Below are positions 1 to 10,851 of a stretch of 64,000 nucleotides of DNA, in pieces (position 1 is the stretch's first letter; every line of letters begins with the position of its first letter). The stretch comes from Alphaproteobacteria bacterium UBA830 (lineage in GTDB: Bacteria; Pseudomonadota; Alphaproteobacteria; MPNO01; UBA830). The notes beneath the pieces are model-generated. The model did not search any database. It was not told the DNA's origin and worked only from the letters and a program-made list of their open reading frames with translations. Where the stretch lies: contig DBHK01000003.1 in NCBI GenBank assembly GCA_002295635.1, positions 12,561 to 76,560 on the forward strand, read 5' to 3'. Made by a program: the position numbers and the translations under genes.

Positions 1-551
1 GCTAACATCAGGTCCTTCCAGCTTCCGCCGACCGCCGGCAGAAAGACGCTATTGGTGAGTGCTATTGCGATAATGCCGCCGGTGGCGTTACCGGTAAAAT
101 AGATCCCCATGGCGAGGCCGCGTTCTTTACCAGTAAACCAAAGGCTGACCACTTTAGGGGCTCCGGACGATATCAGTGGTCCGCCCAGCCCGAACACCAT
201 TACCGCTAAAAGCAGCGTAACGTAGTCCGACGCCACACCGCGCAAAGCTACTGAAACGGATATAACCAGTGCCGACGCAAACATCATGCGGCGGGGACCG
301 AAACGGTCCAGCAGGCTGCCGCATGGAACGGAACAGAAAATATATGTCAGTTGCCACGCGGCCAGAACTGTCCCCATTTCGCCACGGTGCATGCCAAGGT
401 CAGCCATAATCTTGTACACCAATGGCGCCATCGATGCGATCGCCAACGCGAAACCAAAATATAAAAGCCAGACACCTACTAGCATAGTCCAGCGATACGG
501 ATGCGGAGGACTATCCGCAAAACTGTGAGGGCGGTCAGTAGCTAGCATCAT
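1..551 (-). CDS. MFS transporter (CynX-like), truncated by window start
   Basis: Not in ORF track. Manual translation from ATG 551/548: MMLATDRPHSFADSPPHPYRWTMLVGVWLLYFGFAL...GSLLDRFGPRR (MFS motif A)...WFTGKERGLAMGIY; the frame stays open to position 1. Confidence 0.85.
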   Translation of the reverse strand, partial: MMLATDRPHSFADSPPHPYRWTMLVGVWLLYFGFALAIASMAPLVYKIMADLGMHRGEMGTVLAAWQLTYIFCSVPCGSLLDRFGPRRMMFASALVISVSVALRGVASDYVTLLLAVMVFGLGGPLISSGAPKVVSLWFTGKERGLAMGIYFTGNATGGIIAIALTNSVFLPAVGGSWKDLML

Positions 552-604
552 TACTTACATTTCTGGGGGTGTAGATCTGCAGCTAAATGACGAAGGATGG
601 TTCT

Positions 605-2296
605 TCAGAACAACCCCTCTATCAAACCACCGTTGCCGAGGCGTATGGAATTCGCTGCTGGAACCCGGGGCAGGCCCGGCATAGTCATGATGCTACCGCA
701 AATAGAAACAACGAATTCAGCCCCGGCGGCCAGACGCACCTCCCGCACCGGGATGACGTGACCGGATGGTGCGCCCATAATCTTGGGGTCGGTTGAAAAA
801 CTGTATTGCGTCTTAGCCATACAGACGGGTAAGTGACCGTATCCTTCCTTTTCCCAGCGCTTGAGCTGATCCTGTATACTGTTGTCAGCAATTGCCTCTG
901 ACGCTCCGTAGATTTTCTTTGCGACTGTATTAATCTTGTCGAAAAGCGCCATTTCATCCGGGTATAACGGTGTAAAGGAGGAAGCACCGTTATCAGCAAT
1001 TTGTGCAACCTTATGCGCAAGGTCTTCTGTCCCCGCGGATCCATCCGACCAATGGGTGCATCTAACAACCTCGGCCCCCACTTCTCCGGCCGCATCCACG
1101 ACGGCGTCAATCTCCGATTCGCTGTCGCCTAAAAACTGGTTGAGTGCGACGATCGGCGGCACACCAAATTTTTTAACATTGTCGATATGGCGTTTCAGGT
1201 TTTTGATGCCTTTATAAACGGCCCTGACATTTTCTGCATTGAGTTCATCTCGAGCGACGCCACCATGCATTTTCAATGCCCTGATGGTAGAGACAATCAC
1301 AGCTGCGTCAGGCTTAAGTCCGGTTTTTCGGCACTTGATATCGAAGAACTTTTCTGCGCCGAGATCGGCTCCGAAGCCTGCCTCGGTTACAACATAATCC
1401 GAAAGGCGAAGTGCGGCCTCGGTTGCCATTACAGTATTACATCCGTGGGCAATGTTGGCAAAGGGTCCACCATGGACAAAGGCGGGATTGTTCTCCAGTG
1501 TCTGTACGAGGTTCGGCATCAGCGCGTCTTTGAGAAGAACTGCCATAGCACCATCCGCTTGCAGATCTTTGGCGCTGACAGGCTGGCGTTCTCGCGTTTG
1601 CCCGATCACTATATTACCGAGCCTAGTTTCAAGGTCAGGCAATGAATCCGCGAGGCAAAATATGGCCATGATTTCCGACGCAACTGTTATATCGAATCCC
1701 GTTTCGCGCGCGAATCCGTTGGTAACCCCACCGAGCCCGACCGTAATCTCACGTAGCGCTCGATCATTGATGTCTAGGGCTCTCCGCCACGAAATCCTCC
1801 GGGAGTCTAACTTCTGATCGTTGCCCCAAAACAGATGGTTATCGATCATTGCTGAGAGAAGGTTGTGGGCTGCACCGATGGCATGCATGTCGCCTGTGAA
1901 ATGTAGGTTTATGTCTTCCATTGGAACCACCTGTGCGTATCCCCCGCCGGCGGCGCCGCCTTTCATGCCGAAGCATGGGCCTAGTGACGGTTCACGGACA
2001 CATATTGCCGCCTTTTTACCGATCCGATTTAGACCGTCTCCTAGTCCCACGGTGGTGGTGGTCTTTCCCTCTCCCGCGGGAGTCGGGGTGATTGCGGTAA
2101 CAAGGATAAGCTTACCGCGGGGACGGCCCGCGATTTCGTCTAGAAAGCCATAATTTATCTTAGCCTTGTTCGAACCATATGGGTGTAGCGCTTCAGCAGG
2201 AATATCAAGCTTTGCACCGATGTCACTAATAGGAAGTTGCGTCGCGGCTCGCGCGATTTCTATATCTGTGCCCTGATTGGCCATATTAGGGTCCAT
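605..2296 (-). CDS. fhs: Formate--tetrahydrofolate ligase
   Basis: [44 protein letters not shown] and MTMPGLP signatures; 563 aa. Confidence 0.97.
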   Translation of the reverse strand: MDPNMANQGTDIEIARAATQLPISDIGAKLDIPAEALHPYGSNKAKINYGFLDEIAGRPRGKLILVTAITPTPAGEGKTTTTVGLGDGLNRIGKKAAICVREPSLGPCFGMKGGAAGGGYAQVVPMEDINLHFTGDMHAIGAAHNLLSAMIDNHLFWGNDQKLDSRRISWRRALDINDRALREITVGLGGVTNGFARETGFDITVASEIMAIFCLADSLPDLETRLGNIVIGQTRERQPVSAKDLQADGAMAVLLKDALMPNLVQTLENNPAFVHGGPFANIAHGCNTVMATEAALRLSDYVVTEAGFGADLGAEKFFDIKCRKTGLKPDAAVIVSTIRALKMHGGVARDELNAENVRAVYKGIKNLKRHIDNVKKFGVPPIVALNQFLGDSESEIDAVVDAAGEVGAEVVRCTHWSDGSAGTEDLAHKVAQIADNGASSFTPLYPDEMALFDKINTVAKKIYGASEAIADNSIQDQLKRWEKEGYGHLPVCMAKTQYSFSTDPKIMGAPSGHVIPVREVRLAAGAEFVVSICGSIMTMPGLPRVPAANSIRLGNGGLIEGLF

Positions 2297-2301
2297 TTTT
2301 G

Positions 2302-2326
2302 AAAAAAAGACCTCCGAAGTTAGGTC
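2302..2326 (-). terminator. Terminator/attenuator-like hairpin immediately upstream of fhs
   Basis: Minus strand GACCT-AACTTCGG-AGGTC followed by T7, ending 5 nt before the fhs ATG; the stem is short. Confidence 0.4.
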
Positions 2327-2599
2327 GGAAATATCGGAATCATCAACCTTATTTCCCCAAATTCCTGTCTTTAATTAGAAGATAATTACCTCCGGTTCGG
2401 ATACGCTGACCTTCCTATACCTTGTGCCCCCAAGTCCGGATGGCGGTGGCGAGGCTCGTACGACCCTCGTCGGCAACGAAAATATCTAACATAACAATTG
2501 TCACTTATTTTGTCCCACAATCTCAAAACGTACCCTAAACTGTGTGACTTATTGGCGGCGAGCCGATAACTTCACCCCAGTTATGAATATACATTATCA

Positions 2600-4945
2600 A
2601 TGATCCTCAATAATCGTACATCCCTTACCGTCGCTGTGACCGCAGTCTTAATCGTAATGGCTGCTTTCTCGCAAGCGGCATTCGGGCAGACGCCTGCACT
2701 GTCCAATGTTCAACAGCCCCAAGGCGAGATAGAGAGTCAATCCAACGAGAAAGACTTGGCACTGGAAAAGGCTGGGCTGAATCGGGCAGATTTGGATGGC
2801 CTAATTGGAACACTAGAAGACCCCAAAGCGCGATTTAGGCTCATAAACCAGTTAAAAACGCTTAGGGCTGGCTCAGTTGCTGAGGGGCGGGGAGAGAAGC
2901 CCAATAGGTTTGGCGGCCAAATTGTAGAGAAACTGTCCGATCGTATTGACCAAATAAGCGAGGAACTTGTCGGCGGCGTGGCCATGGTACTGGATGCTCC
3001 CCGGCTGTTTGATTGGGCACAACGACAGGTATCGAATTCTGAGAATCGGCTTGTCTGGGTTGAGGCCCTTTGGAAGATTTTAGCGGTTCTTGCCGCTGGC
3101 TTGGTCGTGGAATGGGCGGTTCGACTTCTGCTAGTACGTACTCGTAAAATAATTGAGGGGCAGGAAAGCGAGTCTATATGGATGCGCCTGCCATTTCTTT
3201 TAGCTCGAACGCTCACAGATATAGTCCCGCTCGCCGCGTTCGCCGGTGTGGCATATTCGGTTCTGTCGCTGCTTCATCCCGGCGAAAATATTCGTCTTGT
3301 GGCAATATCGCTAATCAACGCTAGTGTCCTTGCCCGTGTGATCATGGCCGCGGCAAGAATGTTTTTTGTGCCGCGCTCAACCAATTTACGCGTTCTTAAT
3401 GTTGGCGATGAAACAGCCAACTATATCGTGCTGTGGGTCCGCCGTCTGACTAACATTACCGTCTATGGTTATTTTCTTGCCGAGACCGCTTTTCTCTTGG
3501 GCCTACAGCAGGGTGGATATCTCGCATTAACCAAGATAATTGGGCTCCTAACTGGATTTTTACTGATCATTTTCATCCTTCAGAATCGCCGCGTCGTCGC
3601 TAATTGGGTGAGTGGCCCCGCTTCTACCGAATTTGCCGGCTTAGGAATTCTTCGCCGACGGCTTGGTGATATTTGGCACGTGCTTGCAGTGATCTATGTT
3701 GGCGCGGTTTACATCGTTTGGGCTCTAGAAGTATCAGGCGGGTTCGATTTTGTATTTCGGGCGACCGCGATCAGCATCGTGGTTCTTTTTGTCGCCAAGA
3801 TACTCATTATGGGATCCCAGCATGCGGTCAATAGAGGTTTTGGGGTGCGCAAAGAATCCATCGCTCACTACCCTGGGCTTGCCCAACGCGCTAACCGCTA
3901 TTTTAGCATTTTACATGTTGTAATAACTGGAATAATTGCATTAGTAGCCGTCCTCTCAATCTTGGAAGCTTGGGGGGTCGACTCCTTCGGATGGATTGGA
4001 ACCGATATTGGCCGCCGTCTGGTTGGTAGCGTCGTATCCAGCCTGTTTGTGATAATCGCCGCAGTCGTATTCTGGGAGATGGTATCTTCGATCATTGAAC
4101 GCTACCTAGCTCGTGGCGAAGAGGGCGGGGTGGAACTAAGTGCGCGCGCCAAAACGCTGTTGCCTCTGTTGCGCAAGGTGCTTTTAGTGACTGTGTCGAC
4201 CGTTGTCGGTTTAATCGTATTGTCTGAGATTGGCGTGAATATTGGGCCGCTACTTGCTGGGGCGGGAGTAATCGGCCTTGCGATCGGTTTTGGTTCTCAG
4301 ACTTTAGTAAAAGATGTAATTACCGGTGTGTTCATTCTTGCAGAGGACCAGTTCGCAGTCGGAGATGTCGTGCGAGTAAACGACAAGGCCGGATTGGTTG
4401 AGGAAATTACCATTAGGACGATTCGTCTCCGCGATTTGGCCGGTAACGTTCATATGATTCCCTTCAGCTCGGTAGAAATGGTTGAGAATATGACCAAAGA
4501 TTTCTCCCGGTATATTCTGGATGTTGGTATTGCATATCACGAGAGCGTCGATGAAGTTATCGAAGTGTTGCGCGATCTAGGGTCAGAGATGCAAGAGGAT
4601 GAGTACTATGGAACTCTAATCATTCAACCGATCGAGATTATGGGGCTCGACCAATTTGCGGACTCCGCCGTGATAATACGTGCAAGGCTTACGACAAAAC
4701 CGATAAAACAGTGGGAGGTTGGCCGTGAGTTCAACCGTCGAATGAAGCGGAAATTCGATGAGCTGGGCATTGAGATACCATTTCCGCATCAGACAATCTT
4801 TTTCGGAGAGGACAAGCCTGAAGCAACTCCAGACGCGTACATCGGGACAGGAGATAGAAAAGTCAAAATCAAAGAACCGGTGAGACCATCCATGCCCCCC
4901 GCGCGTACTGACAACGTGGATAATGTTTCTGATGATGGTGAATAA
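2600..4945 (+). CDS. Large MscS-family mechanosensitive channel (YbiO-like)
   Basis: Signal peptide, many TM helices, PLLAGAGVIGLAIGFGSQTLVKDVITG and C-terminal GIEIPFPHQ. Confidence 0.92.
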   Translation: MILNNRTSLTVAVTAVLIVMAAFSQAAFGQTPALSNVQQPQGEIESQSNEKDLALEKAGLNRADLDGLIGTLEDPKARFRLINQLKTLRAGSVAEGRGEKPNRFGGQIVEKLSDRIDQISEELVGGVAMVLDAPRLFDWAQRQVSNSENRLVWVEALWKILAVLAAGLVVEWAVRLLLVRTRKIIEGQESESIWMRLPFLLARTLTDIVPLAAFAGVAYSVLSLLHPGENIRLVAISLINASVLARVIMAAARMFFVPRSTNLRVLNVGDETANYIVLWVRRLTNITVYGYFLAETAFLLGLQQGGYLALTKIIGLLTGFLLIIFILQNRRVVANWVSGPASTEFAGLGILRRRLGDIWHVLAVIYVGAVYIVWALEVSGGFDFVFRATAISIVVLFVAKILIMGSQHAVNRGFGVRKESIAHYPGLAQRANRYFSILHVVITGIIALVAVLSILEAWGVDSFGWIGTDIGRRLVGSVVSSLFVIIAAVVFWEMVSSIIERYLARGEEGGVELSARAKTLLPLLRKVLLVTVSTVVGLIVLSEIGVNIGPLLAGAGVIGLAIGFGSQTLVKDVITGVFILAEDQFAVGDVVRVNDKAGLVEEITIRTIRLRDLAGNVHMIPFSSVEMVENMTKDFSRYILDVGIAYHESVDEVIEVLRDLGSEMQEDEYYGTLIIQPIEIMGLDQFADSAVIIRARLTTKPIKQWEVGREFNRRMKRKFDELGIEIPFPHQTIFFGEDKPEATPDAYIGTGDRKVKIKEPVRPSMPPARTDNVDNVSDDGE

Positions 4946-4951
4946 GCCCCG

Positions 4952-5743
4952 ATGACTCCACCCTCCCGAAAAATCGGGCACGTCAATTGGGTAGGTCTCA
5001 AAACACATTATTGGAAAGAGGTGCAGAGGTTCTGGAAAGTCTCTTTCCAGACCCTAATGGCGCCAATGGTAACAACATTGCTTTTTCTGGCTGTTTTTAC
5101 TCTGGCGTTGGGGCGGGCAGTTGAGACTGTGAAAGGAGTGCCTTTCGAAGTATTTCTTGCCCCTGGTTTAATCGTATTTGCAATCATACAGAATTCTTTC
5201 GCTAACACTTCTTCATCAATGTTGATCCTAAAAATACAGGGTAGCATCGTCGATCTGCTGATGCCGCCGCTGACAGCAGGCGAACTGGTGCTTGGATTTA
5301 TAGCAGGGAGCATGACGCGTGGTGTGATTGTTGGGGTGCTAGTTGGTGCTGTTATGTGGTTCACCACTGATCTCCAGATAGTCAATCCATGGCTCGTCCT
5401 ATTTTATGGAATATCGGCGTCAATGATGCTATCGCTGATTGGCCTGATCACAGCAATTTGGGCTGACAAGTACGACAACGTTGCATCAATTACTAATTTT
5501 GTAATAACGCCGCTATCGTTTCTATCTGGGACATTCTATTCAATCGAGCGGCTGCCTAGTTTGTGGCATAGCGTCGCGCAGTTCAATCCGTTCTTTTACA
5601 TGATTGACGGTTTTCGCGCTGGCTTTATCGGAATTTCCGATGCACCTATATGGACGGGGATTGTATTGATCACTTCGCTCAATGTGGTCATGTGGATCAT
5701 CTGTCATCAGATGTTCGCGTACGGTTACAAGCTCAAGGAATAG
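4952..5743 (+). CDS. ABC-2 type transporter permease (YadH-like)
   Basis: FLAPGLI...QNSFANTSSS, PLSFLSGTFYSIERLP, NPFFYMIDGFRAG. Confidence 0.9.
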   Translation: MTPPSRKIGHVNWVGLKTHYWKEVQRFWKVSFQTLMAPMVTTLLFLAVFTLALGRAVETVKGVPFEVFLAPGLIVFAIIQNSFANTSSSMLILKIQGSIVDLLMPPLTAGELVLGFIAGSMTRGVIVGVLVGAVMWFTTDLQIVNPWLVLFYGISASMMLSLIGLITAIWADKYDNVASITNFVITPLSFLSGTFYSIERLPSLWHSVAQFNPFFYMIDGFRAGFIGISDAPIWTGIVLITSLNVVMWIICHQMFAYGYKLKE

Positions 5744-5813
5744 ATGGGATCCGGGTTGTTAAAATACTTGCTCGAAAATCCTGGCCAGGACAAATCAATG
5801 TTTCTTTATCGAA

Positions 5814-6257
5814 CTAAGCGCGTCTCCATTGTACCCAAGATTCGACACGTGCCCCGTCGGGCCATTTGCGCGATAGCATAAGTTTCATCTTACCGTCCGG
5901 CAGGAGTGCAACCCTTCGCTTCTGCTCGCCGCCCACCCATCCAGGGTTCAATGCGAACTCGACTTTGGTGATGAAAAACTCACCTTCGAGCCGCCACTGT
6001 CCACCATAGGAAATATAGGTATCGTAGGCTTTAAGCCTGTCGCTCTCTGGCGCGTCTGTGTGCCAAACGGGATCGCCGGTCAACGGCGGTCGGCCACCGT
6101 GGCATAGAGATGCGTTCATCCACCCATCGGGCGAAATTATAACCATTCCCTGAGGGCTAACTCCATAGCGCTCAAGAGAGAGTTTTACATCTGCGGGTTG
6201 GCTGTTCCCGCGGGTGACTAGCAACCAAGTGCCGACAATATCCTGTTTATTAACCAT
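5814..6257 (-). CDS. Lipocalin-like domain protein
   Basis: IVGTWLLV start, GMVIISPDGWM, YISYGGQW, NPGWVGGEQKR typical of the Lipocalin_5 family; ATG 6257 preferred over ORF start 6338. Confidence 0.75.
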   Translation of the reverse strand: MVNKQDIVGTWLLVTRGNSQPADVKLSLERYGVSPQGMVIISPDGWMNASLCHGGRPPLTGDPVWHTDAPESDRLKAYDTYISYGGQWRLEGEFFITKVEFALNPGWVGGEQKRRVALLPDGKMKLMLSRKWPDGARVESWVQWRRA

Positions 6258-6386
6258 TATATTGTCCCATCTAAAATCCAAGTTTTGCCCACCACCTGCC
6301 AGTACCGATAGACAACTCCCGATGAAAGTAGACCTCACCGTATCGGCTATAATATTGCTGAAGTCCAGTAGGTCCTTAGGGTGGGT

Positions 6387-6758
6387 TTACTCCGCCGCAT
6401 CCAAAATGTGTTGGGGCGTAGAAGAAACTACTTCCCCATATTTTGGAGTGAACGCGCCCTTATCCAAATCCTCGATAAACATTACGAATTCCGGCGCTAT
6501 ATCTTTCAATTCAATAAGAATTTTTTGGTGCTCCTCCACGCTTGCCCATTCACCTATCAGCCAAAAATGGTCCTCGTCCTCAGTGTCACGAAGCATAACT
6601 CCATCTTTAACCTGGAAGGGTGATTTATGCATCGGGTTGTTGTCGGAGTAGTCGAATTCTTCGAATTTTCTGAGGAATTTTTCCCCTGAGCCGGACTTCA
6701 CTCGAAAATCATATATGTGAAAAAAGTTACCTTTAGCGGCAAGCGGTATGAGCGCCAT
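6387..6758 (-). CDS. ABM-like (dimeric alpha/beta barrel) small protein
   Basis: 123 aa; F-x-V-K-x-G-x-G-E-x-F start and GEWASVEEH resemble the antibiotic-biosynthesis-monooxygenase fold; good RBS. Confidence 0.6.
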   Translation of the reverse strand: MALIPLAAKGNFFHIYDFRVKSGSGEKFLRKFEEFDYSDNNPMHKSPFQVKDGVMLRDTEDEDHFWLIGEWASVEEHQKILIELKDIAPEFVMFIEDLDKGAFTPKYGEVVSSTPQHILDAAE

Positions 6759-6797
6759 GACCTATTCCTCCTTGGGCTGGACCTCGAGTTTCACTGA

Positions 6798-7292
6798 CTA
6801 CACCGGAAATACAAGACAGTTGTCGATCATTACACTGTCATAGGTGCAGATGCGTTCCTTCAAAAGTAGTTTATTACCCTCCCGAACGAAAACGTCGCGA
6901 TACTTGCCGACTTGCTGTATCCGGCTCGGTTCTTCCACCAGTGTCTCTATCAGAATGTAGTTTGCGGTCGCTTGGATCTCGTCTTTTTTGATCGATAGTG
7001 CGCGGGTATTGGTGATCGATAGGTGTAGGTATCGCGGAGCAAACATCTCCGTATTTAGCAATGCATAGGCACGGTCCTTCATCATCGCCTTACCTTCACA
7101 ATAGATAAGACCGAGTGGTAATGCTGACTCCGCATTGTCGCGTGCTATAACGTGATAGAAGGCATCGTCCGTGAAATAGTCGACCCATCCGTCCACGTCC
7201 ATCGCGTCAAGCGTTTCCGCATAGGCGTAGTTGAAATCTTCGATTTCTCGTCGAGCTTCGTATAAAGCGGTCGTTTGTTCTTCAGTCTCCAT
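6798..7292 (-). CDS. Ring-hydroxylating oxygenase beta subunit (NagH/AndAd-like)
   Basis: YAETLD...WVDYFTDDAFYHVIARDN, GKYRD, C-terminal LVFPV; directly follows the alpha subunit. Confidence 0.9.
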   Translation of the reverse strand: METEEQTTALYEARREIEDFNYAYAETLDAMDVDGWVDYFTDDAFYHVIARDNAESALPLGLIYCEGKAMMKDRAYALLNTEMFAPRYLHLSITNTRALSIKKDEIQATANYILIETLVEEPSRIQQVGKYRDVFVREGNKLLLKERICTYDSVMIDNCLVFPV

Positions 7293-7297
7293 AGTTA

Positions 7298-8569
7298 TTA
7301 TGAAAACCCCATAACGTCGCGGTAATAGCGGTACATTCCACGAATTGACCGCTCGGTGATGATAGTATCGGTCGGCTCGTCATCTTCGCCCAGAACGGCG
7401 AGACCCTCACGCGGCATTGCTTTGCGTATCCCGTCCTGCAGGAATTTCAAAGCTTCGTTATCTTCAATACCCAAAAACCCGGCAGGGCCGAATATATTAT
7501 TTTGGCGAAGTCGGTGGCGGGTCATTTCGTCGTCGTCATCCGCGCGGCCGAACACGGCCCACAGCATCATGAATTCATTTGGGCCACGCGGCACAAGAAG
7601 TCGGGTATTTAGGATGTTGGTTTGACGCAGTGCTGTTAGAGTCGGAAAAATCGTCAGGACAGAGCCCGACCACTTCGAATCTGCTTCCTGGTAAAATGTC
7701 AACACCCGGGGGTCATTCAGTTCCATAGTTTTCTTAAACGCTTGCATGCTGGCCTGGTCTTCTTTCGATACATTTGGGCGACCGTCGGGCCGTCGTGACA
7801 AAAGACCGCCATGGCGGCCGTGTTTGTCAGTCGGAATATTGGATTCATTTGAGGAAACGAAGAGCCCAAAAGTTGTCAGGTATGTATGCAACAACGTGGC
7901 GTGATAAGGATCTTTGAGATTTTCTTGGTAAAGCTTCCAATTACTCGAGAGAATATTGCGGTGAATGCCCAAGAGTTTAAATTCGGTGCCATCAAATGTT
8001 GCATCGAATTCCGCGCAAATCTCTGGGCCAAGATAATCCTCGATTGACTCCATGTCGTTACAGGCGGTTGCGAATATCACTCCGCCACGGGTCGAAACGT
8101 GGAAGCGCCTCAACCCAAACTCCGCCATATTAAAATCTTTTGGCACACCCCCTTTTCCTTTTACCCCACGCCGGAATGGTACGGCGGTCAGGTCGCCCTT
8201 CAGATTATACGTCCAGTTATGGTAGGGGCAGATGAAACTATCCGCTTTACCCCGGTATTCTCGGCAAAATTCCACTCCGCGATGTGCGCATCGGTTCTCA
8301 AATACGTGCAATTCTCCGTCCAAGTCACGCGTAAGAATTACTGGAAAAGGACCCACATACGACCTGATATAATTCCCAGCTTTGGGAACCTCGCAATCGA
8401 GTCCGACATAATTCCAGTGGCGGCCCAGAAAAATTTTTTCGATTTCACGTTCGTATACGTCCCGATCAGTATAAATCCAGTCCGGAATACGCGTTCCGTC
8501 CGCGGGCCATATGCGGTCAGAGCCGTTGGGGCAGTAGGTGTCCCTGATCAACCTATTGTCGCCGTCCAT
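7298..8569 (-). CDS. Rieske ring-hydroxylating oxygenase alpha subunit, salicylate/anthranilate (NagG/AndAc-like) group
   Basis: Rieske CAHRG...CPYH, mononuclear Fe motif ENLKDPYHATLLH, and VPFRRGVKG as recalled for NagG; ATG 8569 has an RBS. Confidence 0.9.
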   Translation of the reverse strand: MDGDNRLIRDTYCPNGSDRIWPADGTRIPDWIYTDRDVYEREIEKIFLGRHWNYVGLDCEVPKAGNYIRSYVGPFPVILTRDLDGELHVFENRCAHRGVEFCREYRGKADSFICPYHNWTYNLKGDLTAVPFRRGVKGKGGVPKDFNMAEFGLRRFHVSTRGGVIFATACNDMESIEDYLGPEICAEFDATFDGTEFKLLGIHRNILSSNWKLYQENLKDPYHATLLHTYLTTFGLFVSSNESNIPTDKHGRHGGLLSRRPDGRPNVSKEDQASMQAFKKTMELNDPRVLTFYQEADSKWSGSVLTIFPTLTALRQTNILNTRLLVPRGPNEFMMLWAVFGRADDDDEMTRHRLRQNNIFGPAGFLGIEDNEALKFLQDGIRKAMPREGLAVLGEDDEPTDTIITERSIRGMYRYYRDVMGFS

Positions 8570-8760
8570 TGCTTCTTCTCCCCCCAAAGGATGCTTGCTG
8601 ATTATTCCGGACGACCGCCCCTCTATCAAGGGTATTCTGAGGCCATGAATCCAAGCAAACCGCCGTTGACAGCGTAGGCCGACCTCAACATACTTCCGCT
8701 CTTTTTGCGGCCTAGAAATGGGCCTATTGGATTTGGGTGTATTTCCGCATGAGAATACCG

Positions 8761-9933
8761 GTGAACCAGTCAGTCATGCCATCCTATGGCCGCACTGATA
8801 TCGCCTTTGAAAAGGGAGAAGGTGCGTACTTGTACACTTCTGACGGGCGAAAATTTCTCGACTTCGGAGCTGGTATTGCGGTCACCGCACTCGGGCACGC
8901 ACATCCGTATCTCGTACAGGTTTTAACAGATCAGGCCAGTTGCCTCTGGCATACGTCGAACCTCTATCAAATTCCCCAGCAGCAAAAATTGGCCGAAAGG
9001 CTGGTTGAAACCTCGTTCGCCGACACCGTATTTTTCTGTAACTCAGGAGCGGAGTCTGTAGAAGCGTCAATCAAGCTGATGCGCAAGTACCATAGCGACA
9101 ATGGTGATTCTGAACGTTATCGGATGATTTGTTTCGACGGAAGCTTTCATGGCCGGACGTTAGCTACCATCGCCGCCGGCGCCAACGAAGCTCATAGAGC
9201 TGGCTTCGGTCCTGTTGTCGACGGTTTTGACCATGTTGCGTTTGGCGATATTGACGAAGTTCGCGCCGCTGTGACTGATAAAACAGCGGGTATTATGATC
9301 GAGCCTATCCAGGGAGAAGGTGGTATCCGGCCTGCGGATAAAAATTTTCTCAGGAGGCTGCGTTCTTTGTGTGACGAAACAGGTCTGCTACTTATGTTTG
9401 ATGAGGTGCAGACAGGCATCGGACGTACTGGCAAGCTATGGGCACACGAATGGTCGGGTGTTGCGCCCGATGTAATGTCGTCGGCTAAGGCGCTGGGTGG
9501 TGGGTTCCCCATCGGGGCATGCTTGGCAACAGCCGAGGCGTCGAAGGGCATTATGCCGGGAACACACGGGAGTACTTTTGGCGGAAATCCGTTGGCGGCC
9601 GCGTGCGCAAATGCGGTACTCGATATTGTCCTTGGAGCAAACTTTCTTGATCATGTTATGGAGATGGGGGATCTTATCGAGGCAGGGCTTAGAGACCTAG
9701 TATCTCGGTATCCCGACGTAATCGAGGGCGCGCGCGGTGTGGGTCTGATGTGGGGAATAAAATGCGTTGTGTCCAATAGCGAGCTTGTAGCAAAGGCTTT
9801 TGATCATGGGCTCCTGACGGTACCAGCAGGCGATAACGTCGTACGGTTTCTGCCACCCCTGATAGTCAACAAACTGGAGATCAACGAGGCGCTGAAAGTG
9901 ATAGAAACATGCGTACAAGATTTTGAGTCATGA
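8761..9933 (+). CDS. argD: Acetylornithine aminotransferase
   Basis: [41 protein letters not shown]; adjacent to argF; start uncertain (8737-8776). Confidence 0.93.
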   Translation: MNQSVMPSYGRTDIAFEKGEGAYLYTSDGRKFLDFGAGIAVTALGHAHPYLVQVLTDQASCLWHTSNLYQIPQQQKLAERLVETSFADTVFFCNSGAESVEASIKLMRKYHSDNGDSERYRMICFDGSFHGRTLATIAAGANEAHRAGFGPVVDGFDHVAFGDIDEVRAAVTDKTAGIMIEPIQGEGGIRPADKNFLRRLRSLCDETGLLLMFDEVQTGIGRTGKLWAHEWSGVAPDVMSSAKALGGGFPIGACLATAEASKGIMPGTHGSTFGGNPLAAACANAVLDIVLGANFLDHVMEMGDLIEAGLRDLVSRYPDVIEGARGVGLMWGIKCVVSNSELVAKAFDHGLLTVPAGDNVVRFLPPLIVNKLEINEALKVIETCVQDFES

Positions 9934-10844
9934 AAACCGAGCCTAGGCATTTTCTTGAATTAAAGGAAATTTCTTCTACGGAATTGCGGCGAATCGTTGA
10001 TACCGCTGCATCGTTCAAACGCGGCGATAACTTCAATGGTATCTCGCAGCCCCTCAAGGACAGGGCACTCGCCATGATTTTCGAGAAACCATCAACGCGT
10101 ACCCGCGTGTCTTTCGAAGTCGCGATGAAACAGCTTGGTGGTGCTGTCGTCGTGCTGACGCCAGATGAAATGCAAATCGGCCGGGGCGAAACTATTGCCG
10201 ACACAGCGCGCGTACTCTCCCGCTATGTCGATGTGATTATGATGAGGACATCCGAAAATAAAAAATTGGTCGAGCTAGCTACGCACGCAGAGATACCCGT
10301 AATCAACGGACTGACAGATCATTCACATCCCTGTCAGCTGATTGCCGACATAATGACTTTTGAGGAGCATAGAGGTGGTATCGCCGGTAAACGGATCGCA
10401 TGGTGTGGTGACGGTAACAATATGTCGCGTAGCTGGATCGAGGCGGCGGCGCGTTTCGAGTTTGAGTTACGCCTCGCCTGTCCACCTGAGTTAGCACCGC
10501 CGCTGGATGCTATCGACTGGGCGAAAGCTGAAGGTGCGATAATTTGTTCGACAACCGATCCTTATGAAGCGGTAAAGGGTGTCGACTGTGTAGTTACCGA
10601 TACTTGGGTTTCGATGGGCGATACCGAGGCCGAGAGGCGTCACAACCTTCTGACACCTTACAAGGTAGATCGTCGACTGATGGACTGTGCGGCGAGAGAT
10701 GCGATTTTCATGCATTGCTTACCAGCTCATCGAGAAGAGGAGGTGGCGGCGGAGATTCTTGATGGGCCGCAATCCGTGATCTGGGATGAGGTTGAAAATC
10801 GTCTTCATGCACAGAAAGGCATCCTCGCTTGGTGCCTGTCGTGA
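9930..10844 (+). CDS. argF: Ornithine carbamoyltransferase
   Basis: [28 protein letters not shown]. Confidence 0.96.
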   Translation: MKTEPRHFLELKEISSTELRRIVDTAASFKRGDNFNGISQPLKDRALAMIFEKPSTRTRVSFEVAMKQLGGAVVVLTPDEMQIGRGETIADTARVLSRYVDVIMMRTSENKKLVELATHAEIPVINGLTDHSHPCQLIADIMTFEEHRGGIAGKRIAWCGDGNNMSRSWIEAAARFEFELRLACPPELAPPLDAIDWAKAEGAIICSTTDPYEAVKGVDCVVTDTWVSMGDTEAERRHNLLTPYKVDRRLMDCAARDAIFMHCLPAHREEEVAAEILDGPQSVIWDEVENRLHAQKGILAWCLS

Positions 10845-10851
10845 TCGTTTA

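Noticed and set aside
2297-2480. Known ZTP, THF, glycine or cobalamin riboswitch upstream of fhs
   Set aside because: Consensus motifs could not be matched; kept only as an unclassified candidate
4952-5743. ABC-2 permease without an adjacent ATPase
   Set aside because: A split arrangement is common for YadH-like permeases, so it is not remarkable
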